Source: Octopus sinensis (lineage: Eukaryota). Taken from it: a stretch of 64,000 bases of DNA. The DNA lies in contig NC_043017.1 of assembly GCF_006345805.1 (NCBI RefSeq), positions 31,310,001-31,374,000 of the forward strand, in the 5' to 3' direction. The translations under genes were made by a program, and so were the position numbers. The notes under the pieces were generated by a model. It had not been told where the DNA came from, searched no databases, and was given only the letters and a program-made list of their open reading frames with translations. This document shows, one piece after another, positions 53,095 to 64,000 of this stretch; the first letter of the stretch is position 1, and every line of letters begins with the position of its first letter.

Positions 53095-53116
53095 ACTCAC
53101 TCTCGTTGTTGCTGCT

Positions 53117-53148
<32 letters not shown>

Positions 53149-53149
53149 A

Positions 53150-53183
<34 letters not shown>

Positions 53184-53260
53184 TTGTTGATGGTGATGAC
53201 AACGACGACGACGATGATGATAATGATAATGGTGATGATAAAATTGTTGTTGTTGCTGTC
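53095..53260. repeat. (GTT/GCT/GAT)n trinucleotide array
   Basis: Direct reading. Confidence 0.93.
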
Positions 53261-53314
53261 CTGATTAGACAGACCAATGATCAAAGACATTCCAGCTGTG
53301 ATCATCCTGTCTTT

Positions 53315-53369
<55 letters not shown>

Positions 53370-54051
53370 CTCTTTTTCATTCAGTGGACTACATTATCCA
53401 CTGTATCCTTTCGCTTTTAAGAGAGCAGAGTATAATTTAAGAAAGATTTGGCCTTTATTTCTAGCAGATCAAACGACCACATCAGAATAGCCCTTTTAGC
53501 TTTATCCACCTTCATAGATTCGCTAATATCTCATTTACGTAATATTTTGATGTTTTTGTCCCTGGGAACCTTTTCATGTTTAAATATACAATAAGCTCAC
53601 CGTTCCAAACTCAGCACACTTTGGCTTCCTTTACATTCGCCAAAAGTCAGTTAATAATTCACCTCAACATTAACATTCGTCACCCAATCTCACTCTTTTG
53701 ACAACTTCAGAAAGTATCTATATCACAAGCTTTGCTTTATTAACAAGTAGACTTCACAGCTACGTAACTTTGAGGTTGATGCCGCTGCGCAACGGCTGAG
53801 GAAGTGGTTTCTTCCTAGAACAGACACAAGTTGATCAAAGCCTTACGCATATAACAATTGGATTCGATTTCACGTTTCGATACAAAGAAACCACATTCCG
53901 ATCTTGCGCGCAAAACCCAACTATTATCCAATCAATGATTGTTGTTCACATGATAGTTCAGTGTCTCGTCTACACTTTCCGTGAATACCGTCCATAAATA
54001 CAGAAAAATTTGCCGCCAATTTCGCAGTGTGCTGTAGACATCAGAGCCGCC

Positions 54052-55171
54052 AGCGAAATATTTTCCGACGAGAGATCCGGACACCCGTAATGAACTCATT
54101 TGCATACAACCAATCAGAGCTCACTTTGAAACTACGCATACTGTATACTACTATCATCATCATCATCATTGTTCGATCGTGGTCGAGACAATGGAATTTT
54201 ACTATGTTACGCCAGACTTCACGGTCCATCATAGCATTACGGAAGTCCCATTGCTGGATGCCTGTATCCATGGAGATTATATCAGGGTAGGAGAGTATGC
54301 GCCCTCTGGTATCACGAGCAGATGGCTTCCAGAGGAGAAGAGTAGAAATTACCTCGTTTTCAGCTCTACAACAATGTCCAGCAAACTGGACTCTTCTACC
54401 TTTCACAAGAGATGATACAGGTGGTAGTTTCCCATATATTTGTGCTTTGGTTGGATGATGCTTCCACGAGAGATTTTGAGCTCTCATAAGAAGGCGAGGG
54501 TAAGTTCCATCCAACCGCCTCTCAAGCTTCTTTAATAACGTCCAGGTTTCTGAGCCATGTAGTACAATTGGTTCGACTGTACTACTATAGTACAGCCAGC
54601 CAGGCATAGAATGGTGTATGCCACTCTGTGAATACAGCATAGCAGGTCTCACATGAGTACTACATTCCCTCTATCATCCTCATAGATCTATTGAGTACCA
54701 TCTCTATATGGAGCTAAATTTGGTACCTATGCTCAGACTGAGATTAGTGGTACTGCATGTACCCATTAATATACGCGAGGAGGGCGCAATACGACACAAC
54801 GCCATATTGATTACGATGTTCCCAGATCAACACTAACATTTTAAATTAGGAAAGTACAAAATCAGTCAAAAGAAAATTAGGAAACTCATTTACATTTTTT
54901 GGTAAATTACGCAAATTGGCAACACCTATGGCATCATCGGTGAGCAGTTCTTCATTCCTTTTATACACTAAATTTCACATTTGTCATCCACCCCTCTTAA
55001 CCCGTTTAGAACGGTTAGATTTTGCTGTAACGCATATCTCTCACTGAACTAAATCAGACTATTTTCGTGACAAGGTGAACACTAGTTTTATAGTTGAGCT
55101 CTGACTGGCTGTATGCAAATGAGTTCATAACGGCGGGTTTCCGGAACTCCCGTTGGAAAAAAAATTTCGCT
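54052..55171. mobile_element. Non-autonomous inverted-repeat element with ~75 bp arms, host to an RTE insertion
   Basis: Arms 54052-54123 and 55095-55171 are clear reverse complements. Confidence 0.8.
54146..54588 (-). mobile_element. 5'-truncated RTE-clade LINE, 9 bp TSD
   Basis: TVEPIVLHGSETWTL...RRVQFAGHC...AMMDREVW; (ATG)n tail; TACTACTAT at 54146-54154 and 54580-54588. Confidence 0.92.
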
Positions 55172-55292
55172 AGCCGCCATGACGTTCTCTACTCTCACCA
55201 CTCCAGAGTGATTGACTCAAATTGGAGTTCACTCTTCCTCGTGGTTATTTTTACAGCTACATATTCAACCTTGAACGACTGAAGTAGATACA

Positions 55293-55328
<36 letters not shown>

Positions 55329-55380
55329 CGTGTGTGTGTGTGTGTGTGTGCATGTGTGTGCGTATGCATATATTTATATA

Positions 55381-55427
<47 letters not shown>

Positions 55428-55541
55428 CGTATAAGTTCAGAAAAATTTAGATTCAGATGAATATGGTAGTTAAGTTAAAGGCACCATAATTTGGTATGGT
55501 ATTATCCATATAAATCAAATGGGGTGATTATAATCAATATA

Positions 55542-55575
<34 letters not shown>

Positions 55576-55714
55576 TATGTATATGTATATGTATATATAA
55601 ACAAAATAAGCAGCAAGGATATCCAAGGTAGTGTAGTAAGAATGTACTACACTACCTTGGATATTTCTATTATTGAAAACAAGTGGATGTATTCCACCGA
55701 AGCTAGGTAAATAA

Positions 55715-55851
55715 AACCTTTGAACAGAGATTGTCGGAAGCGACACCTACTGGTTTGGCTACGCTGCATTGAAAAGGGGCAATACCCCGAAACGCGTCTG
55801 TAGCTGCCGGCCAAGTAGTGTGGAGCGACTGACCTCCCTTGTTCAAAGGTT
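55715..55851 (+). ncRNA. Hammerhead-like motif in an extended hairpin
   Basis: GCTACG-CTGCATTGAAAA-GGGG(CAATA)CCCC-GAAA-CGCG-TC-TGTAGC; outer arms AACCTTTGAACA/TGTTCAAAGGTT; 5' core altered. Confidence 0.45.
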
Positions 55852-56135
55852 ATATGGATACAGTTTGTGTATCAAATAGCTAACTTAAGGCGATGGCCTC
55901 ATGGAGCTAATAAGCGGTCAGCTTTTTTCTTATTTTTTCTTACTTTTTTCTTATTTTTTCTTATTTTTATAAGAATGCCATATTAGTATGGCGATAACTA
56001 ATATTTTCCGGGAACGCTGCCGTTGTTCTCTTTTAGAGAGACTTAGTAATTTTAATATTTCTATTATATATATATAAATTAGAAATATTGAATTTCTAAA
56101 TGTCTCAGAGAGACATAAGCGGTGGTGGAGCGATA

Positions 56136-56387
56136 TAGTGGTCGTATACCGTCAACTCAATGTGACAGTCCCGTAAGGTAATTACACCACCGCCATTTAG
56201 CCCTAGGAAACATCGATGTCTCCTTGTCCCGGTTTGCAGGGGGGTGATTGCCTCCCCTTTGCAAATATAAGGACACAGAAAATGCGTCAAAGCCGACAGG
56301 AGACGTCGATGTTTCCTAGGGCTAAATGGCGGTGGTGTAATTCCCTTACGGGACTGTCACATTGAGTTGACAGTATACGACCACCAT
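56136..56387. mobile_element. Foldback element with ~90 bp arms
   Basis: Arms about 56136-56224 and 56299-56387; the spacer has its own hairpin. Confidence 0.85.
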
Positions 56388-56656
56388 AAATATATATATA
56401 TATATATATATGTTAATAAAATAGAATATATGCATATATATAAACATATATGTACGTACCTACCTCTACAGGTACATATACACGCATATATGTGTACAGA
56501 ACACCAAAAAGACGTCGAACACATAGAGAGACGAAACACATAGACACAAACCAAGGAACAAGACAAGCAAAAAAAAAAGGAGAGATACAGGACAATAAGC
56601 ACAACGAAAAATCCCCTTCTTCAGTCGCTAAGATTTCATCTACTAAACGTTTCGAA

Positions 56657-56737
<81 letters not shown>

Positions 56738-56740
56738 TAT

Positions 56741-57128
56741 GCACAGGCTGGGCTGTGTGGTAAGAAGTTCTTTCCCAGTCACATGAATGTGTGTTCAATC
56801 CTACTGTGTGACACCTTGGGCAAGTGTCTTGTACTATAGCCTCGGGCTGAGCAAATCCATGTGAGTGAATTTGGTAGATGGAAACTGAAAGAAGCCCATC
56901 ATATATATGTGTGTATGTATGTCTTTGTATCTGTGTTTACCCCCCACCATCACTTGACAAGTGGTGTTGGTGTGTTTACGTCCCCATAACTTAGTCGTTC
57001 AACAACAGAGTTCAACAGAACATGTAGAACATAAAAAAAAATGTCCTGGGGTCAATTCATTCAGCTGAAAATTTTTCAAGGCAGTGCCCCAACATGGTCG
57101 CAGTCTAATGACTGAAACAAGTAAAAGA
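56741..57128 (+). mobile_element. Older A-type SINE
   Basis: Diverged head, microsatellite and tail. Confidence 0.8.
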
Positions 57129-57802
57129 CACAAAGTGTGTGTGTGCGTGTGAGAGAGAGAGAGAGAGAGAGGAAAGAGAGAGATAGAGGCCGAGAGAGAA
57201 TGTACAAACATATAGATACGAACACACACACATACACACATACACACGCATGCACACCTTTATATACAGAAGTTAATTTAAAATAGTGTTTGTTAGTCCA
57301 TTGTCTTGCAAATAATATAAATAATGCAAACATTGCATCGATAATAGATTGTGTCTTCAATTTTGTTCCATAGCTTGTCAGTTAATTGTTATACAACTAA
57401 TATAATTGTTGGGTGTATAATAGATTGTCTTTCATTTTGGTTCATACTGAAAGCGTTACATATGTGGAACAAATTACATTATTATTGATATATATTTGCC
57501 TTTTGTTTTCTTTTCTTTCTTCTTCTATTCTATCATTTATATACTTATCTTTATCTATTTTTCTATTTTTATTGTCGTAGATGACATTTTCATTTATCAA
57601 TTTATTAAAAATAACATATGAAAATTAATTCAAATTTGTATTTAAATATATTGGCTCTTGTAAGTTCTTTAAAAGTTTATATTTCTCTTGTGAGCCTTCC
57701 ACTTCAGTTTCGCATCTCTTCCTCCTACTCTTCCACCTCATCAATGCCACCACCATCACCACTACCATCCCCACCATTGCATTCCCTGCCTTTGTTGTTT
57801 GT

Positions 57803-58196
57803 TTTACTCTCTTTTACTCTTTTACTCTTTTACTTGTTTCAGTCATTTGACTGAGGCCACGCTGGAGCACCGCCTTTACTCGAGCAAATCGACCCCAGGA
57901 CTTATTCTTTGTAAGCCTATTGGTCTCTTTTGCTGTACCACTAAGTTACGGTGACGTAAACACACTAGTTGGGGGGACAAACATAGGCCCACAAACATAT
58001 ACACACACACACACACACATATATATATACATATATACGACGGGCTTCTTTCAGTTTCCTTCTACCAAATCCACTCACAAGGCTTTGGTTGACCTGCGGC
58101 AATAGTAGAAGACACTTGCCCAAGTTACCACACAGTGGGACTGAACCCGGAAACATGTGGTTGGTAATCATGCTACTTACCACACAGCCACTCCTA
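57803..58196 (-). mobile_element. SINE family A
   Basis: Full head and tail. Confidence 0.9.
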
Positions 58197-58197
58197 C

Positions 58198-58235
<38 letters not shown>

Positions 58236-58236
58236 C

Positions 58237-58982
<746 letters not shown>

Positions 58983-59661
58983 CATGTGTTGGGGGTGAAG
59001 TGAATATGCTAGTTTTTGTATTCGCATTTATCCCTTTCTGCCATTTGACAAACAGATGGTTTGTTTACATCCCTGTAACTTAGCAGTTTGGCAAAAGATA
59101 TCAATAGTATAAGAAAATAAATACAGGGGTGAATTCATTTGACTTACACCCTTCGAGATGGTACTACAGAATGGCTGCAGTCAAACAACCGAAAGAAGTA
59201 AAAGAATATCAGAATAAGAATGTACACACACACACACACACACACGTGTGTGTATCTGTAGCTGTTGGTACATGTATATGTGTAAAACTATATATACTGT
59301 TGAATTAGAATGTCATCCATAAAATATGATATCCATTATAGGTACTCTCAGAATATTGCTGTATCAATCTCTAGGTATAATAAAATCGAAATCTGACTAC
59401 TCTAATTTCCATATCTCATTGCGTTGCAACAATGGTGGTCTCTGTCCTGTCATTCGTAAATGTTTTACCAAAATGTGGTGCATCCGTGCTAATGTCTTCT
59501 CCACTGAATGGAAAAATCTTCCAGCTTTCTATCTGAATATATTTTTACAATGATTTACATTCACTATTTATTAACATAGAAATATTTCCAGTGATGCCGT
59601 ATATTTTGTCATCTACAGACTTTCGGATCGAAAGGATGGATTCACTGATAGTTGTGAAATA

Positions 59662-60213
59662 TTGGGTTGTCCAGAAAGTTTGTACCGATTTTTAAAGGAA
59701 AGAAAAAGGTCGATAAATACTTGCCATTACATTTTTAATCAACCAAATACGTGCCATTTTGTTGCACAATGCGTCTCCATCTTTCCTTTAACTTGAAAAC
59801 ACCCTCTTCCCAGAATTGAGGTGGTTTCAGTGCAAAGAATTCATCAAGGTAGCTTTTTACGTCAACCAAGGAATTGAAATTTTTTACCATTAAGACTATT
59901 CTGCAGAGACCTGAATAAGTGGAAATCCAAAGGGGCAATATCTGGTGAATATGGAGGATGGGATAACACATCCCAGCTGAGGTGCAGCAATTTTTGTCTG
60001 GTTCCCAAAGCATCAAGTGCTGAAAATGAACTTTCTTATCTTCCATTTCAAAGGGTTACAGAATTAACACAGGGTATAGGAACATAAACCTCCTTCCATG
60101 AAAAGATACCTTAAATTTTACTCTAAATTGAGGTGTAGTCAAATCCTATTTTATGGACTCAACCAAGTTGAAAGGTAAGCTACTATAAATCGGCATGAAC
60201 TTTCCGGACAAAG
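59662..60213 (-). mobile_element. Internally deleted mariner element
   Basis: N-terminus MEDKKVHFQHLML fused to C-terminus KNFNSLVDVKSYLDEFFALKPPQFWEEGVFKLKERWRRIVQQNGTYLVD*; TIR cores match 21/25; TA on both sides. Confidence 0.88.
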
Positions 60214-60694
60214 TATTAACAACGTATCTTTATATATAATAGCCTCTCATTCCTGCATAGCCTCCTCATCAAGTAAACTTTATGAAGTAGTTCGGCTTCT
60301 TTTTGATATGTTAAACTGAGAGTCATGAGTTCATCTTTTCCACAGAAGGAACTTATCTTAGAAGATTCCAGTTACCAATTTGATCAAAGAATATTCTAGA
60401 ACAACTTTAAAGATGTATAATATTTCATGTTATTATATGCCTGGTGTGCTAACAATTCTGCCAGCTCATGGCTTTGCACTCACCATATACCAGCATACAA
60501 ATATTTTCAGTGATGCAGCATATTTTGCCATCTACATACTTCAGGATCTAAGGGATGGAGTTACTGATAGTTATCAAATATATTAACCAAGCATCGACAC
60601 CATATCTTCATATATAAGAGCATCTCATTCTTGCCCAGCCTCCTCTTCAAATAAACTTTATAAAGTAGTTCAGTTTTTGATTTTTTCTTATTTT

Positions 60695-60941
60695 TGTGCC
60701 CTTTTAAAGCCTAGCCAGGCTCATGGGTCCGGTTTCCTGGTTTCTGTGGAGTATGTGTTCCCTAGCTGGACGGGACGCCAGTCCATCGCAGCGTTACTCA
60801 TGTTTTTTAGCTGAGTGGACTGGAGCAACGTTAAATGAAGTGTTTTGCTCAAGAACACAGCGCGTCGTCCGGTCCAGGAATCGAAACCCACAATCTTACG
60901 ATCGTGATGCTGACACCCTCACCGCTAAGCCTCGTGCCTCC
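60695..60941 (-). mobile_element. SINE head D + tail 2
   Basis: D head, GCGATGGACTGGCGTCCCGTCCAG, tail GAAACCGGACCCATGAGCCTGGCTAGG. Confidence 0.82.
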
Positions 60942-61945
60942 ACTCAGTTTTTTTATTGATGTATCATAATTAACTGATCCTCCAGTATTTTGTTTTACTC
61001 AAAGCCAGGAACTTTTCAACACCTCATTATATGTATATCTGTCTATATGTTTGTCTGTCTATCTGTCTACCAATTTATCTATTGGGTTCTCTGTCTGTCT
61101 CTCTGTCTCTTTGTCTCTCTGTCTGTCTCTCTCAATGTTTATCTCTCTCAGTGTCTGTCTCAGTATAAGAATCAACTTAAGTCTCTTTGTTGCGTGTATG
61201 TCTCAGTACATTGCTCTCTTAGCCACGATATATTTTAACTCACTTCTCAGAACATCCGATCTTCACATGCACAAACACAACCACATACATTCACACACAC
61301 ACACACACACACCCACACACACACACTCACACTCACACTCACACACATAGAAAGTAAATAATAGATACACTTGCACGTCACAATAATTACATGAATTCAT
61401 ATAAAAAAGCAACACTTTCTAGGTGAGATTGCTCTAATGAATTATTCAAACTTAAATTATTTATATTTATGACAACAATGCCTGTGTCAATAAAATAGAA
61501 TAAACTGGAAGAATATGGAACATCTCACACAACATGTGTGCGTGTGTATGTGTGTGTGTGTGTAGATATCCTTATCGACGACGGCGGCGTCATCATCATC
61601 ATCATCGTCGTTGTTGTCTTTGTCGATTAACATCCATTTTCTATATAATTCGTTTTCCATGAGTGAATTTGAAGGAGAAAAGTTATAATAAGATTGCGTG
61701 TAATTTTGGTGTAAAACAAAATTACTTTGAATACAAAAATTCAAATGTTATCCCATGAGTAAGTGGTTTCATACTTTAAATTCAACAGTTGGAATGAAAT
61801 ATATCACATTCCCCCGAAGTCTCAAAATTCTTATGACACCAATAGATGTGTGTGTGTATACACACACACACACACACATATATATATAATATATGTATAT
61901 ATATATATATATACATAGATACATACATATATATATATGTATATA

Positions 61946-61988
<43 letters not shown>

Positions 61989-61998
61989 CTATGTGTAT

Positions 61999-62040
<42 letters not shown>

Positions 62041-62176
62041 CACCACACACACACACACATATATATATATATACATATATATATATACATATATATATAT
62101 ATATGCATATTGGTAAAAACGGTAAGATAACAAAAGAAAGAAAGAGACCTCAATATTATGTAAATAGAGGAAATTT

Positions 62177-62429
62177 ATCTGTAAATTAATATGTGACAAT
62201 TATGCAATAGCCAAAATAAAACTCTGAGTTTCGGATGTCGAAGTGGAAATCCACAACACCATCTCTTCGGCTAGATGGTTATCTGAAAAACGCTATGTAA
62301 AAAGCGTTTTCATACCGTTTTTCAGATGGCCAGATAACCGAAGAGATGGTGTTGTGGATTTCCACATTGGCATCCAAAACTCAGAGTTATATCTTGGCTA
62401 TTGCATAATTGTCACATATTAATTTACAG

Positions 62430-62431
<2 letters not shown>
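62177..62431. mobile_element. Palindromic element (~115 bp arms) with hammerhead-like motifs
   Basis: Arms are near reverse complements; CCGAAGA-stem-(G/A)AAA-CTCAGAG-T at 62338-62390 and on minus at 62220-62270. Confidence 0.65.
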
Positions 62432-62485
<54 letters not shown>

Positions 62486-62518
62486 TTAAATAGTGTACAT
62501 TTAAACACTATTTTAAAA

Positions 62519-63112
62519 TATGAATATGTTGTCTATTGACTGTTTATACATGCTAGGCCACTGGTGGTGATATTTATAACGAATATTCGCTACCCTATAA
62601 ATGTAACTTGTGAATATGTTCTTACCAGTCTCGAAGATTCAGCTCCGCATTATATTTACTGCAGACAGAAACTGCGCCTGCAGGGAATTTTGAAAAGTTA
62701 TAACATATAATGATGGGAACGTGTTATCTTGTCTCTGAATTATAAGTTAGTTACTGAGGCCGGTTACTGAGGAGAATTCGCCTGGCGGATAATATCGTTT
62801 GCTAAATTACCTATTAAAGGGTGACAGATAATCTTATTTGTTAAAGAAATTTGAAACCATTGTATAACCGCAAATAAAAATAACAAGGTAAAATTTTTTA
62901 TTTTTCATTTCCTTCGAAAATTGCTATTAAATCGGGGATTTGGCCGTGTTGGCTGCTTCTTCTAGCATGTAAACATTACCTGTTAAAGGGTAGTTTTCTT
63001 TTGTGTTTAAATGTACAATATCTTGTAATATGAATATGATGTCTATTGATATGCTAGGCAACTGGTGGCGATATTTATAACAAATATACACTACCCTATA
63101 TATGTATCTTAC
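62519..63112. repeat. Element with ~90 bp direct terminal repeats
   Basis: TATGAATATG.TGTCTATTGA...ATGCTAGGC.ACTGGTGG.GATATTTATAAC...CTACCCTATA at 62519-62610 and 63029-63112. Confidence 0.7.
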
Positions 63113-63113
63113 G

Positions 63114-63189
<76 letters not shown>

Positions 63190-63191
63190 AT

Positions 63192-63660
63192 CGTCATCAT
63201 CATCGTTTAATGTCTGCTTTTCATGCTAGCATGGATTGGATTATTTGACTGAGGACTGGCGAACCAGACGGCTGCACCAGGCTCCAATCTTGATCTAGCA
63301 GAGTTTCTACAGATAGGTGCCCTTCCTAACGCCAACCACTCCGAGAGTGTAGTGGGAGCTTTTACTGGCACGAGGGCCAATCAGGTGGTATTGGCAACGG
63401 CCACACTCAAATTGTGCTTTTACGTGTCACTTGCACAGGAGCCAGTCCAGTGGCACCGGCAACAACATTGCTCAAATGTTTTTCCACGTTCCACCAGCGC
63501 AAGTGGCACTAAGGTGACGCTGGTAACGATAACGCTTGAATGGTGCTTTTTACGTGCCACCAGCATGGAAGCCAGTTAGCTGCTCTGGCAACAATCATGC
63601 TCAGATAGTGCTCTTAACACTCCATTAGCATGGATGCCAGTCATCGAATTTGATTTCACA
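63192..63660 (-). mobile_element. SINE-like family E with RTE-type tail and internal ~60 bp tandem repeats
   Basis: Minus 3' end CATGAAAAGCAGACATTAAACGATGATGATG; 4-5 diverged units beginning GCTTTTAC at 63358-63650. Confidence 0.7.
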
Positions 63661-63674
63661 TATATATATATATA

Positions 63675-63717
<43 letters not shown>

Positions 63718-64000
63718 TATACATATATATATTATAATTGAATACATATAAGATAAACAAAAATTACTTTTATCTATAGGCTGAAACAGCTGTAAGGAGT
63801 GATTTTATTGATTTCAATAATTTATATTATGATTTTTTATAATTGTATTCTTATTTTATATGTATTGAATTATAATGTATATATGTATACTATTAAGGTT
63901 CTCATTTTTGTTAAATGAATAAATAAGTCAACATTCTTATATATACATATATATATATATATAATATATATATAATATATATATAATTGTGGCACTCTGT

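Noticed and set aside
53798-53895. CTGAGGA followed by a GTGGTTTCTT/AAGAAACCAC stem
   Set aside because: No GAAA after the stem.
54590-54652. N-terminal part of the 203 aa ORF
   Set aside because: Outside the TSD; flanking DNA that happens to be in frame with the RTE stub.
63248-63270. CTGAGGA-CTGG CGAA CCAG hairpin
   Set aside because: No GAAA or cleavage triplet in register.
63358-63650. CRISPR-like repeat-spacer array
   Set aside because: Whole units are homologous and diverged; no unique spacers; eukaryotic context.

Overview
AT-rich, repeat-saturated animal DNA, almost certainly intronic or intergenic. The SINE set and the TA/TG/ATAC/GATA microsatellites look like an Octopus genome (inferred from sequence style, no database search). 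I recognise no host protein-coding exon. Nearly all ORFs in the track are microsatellite read-throughs or antisense frames of repeats. Recognisable content: (1) dozens of tRNA-derived SINEs, here called A, B, C, D and E, with nested, tandem and head/tail-shuffled forms; (2) dead LINE fragments of RTE, CR1 and R4/Dong type; (3) decayed Tc1/mariner (maT-like DD37D and classical mariner), hAT and other inverted-repeat MITEs, and possibly an old piggyBac; (4) short, often palindromic or tandem elements, mostly sitting in (TA)n tracts, that carry type I hammerhead-ribozyme-like motifs of the Penelope-like/retrozyme kind. One ~200 bp family in group 4 has a fixed non-canonical core (CUGUNGA instead of CUGANGA). 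Also notable are an RTE insertion with a 5' inversion and a perfect TSD, and a complete 2 x 3 head/tail matrix of SINEs. All RNA folds and alignments were done by eye and need computational and biochemical confirmation.
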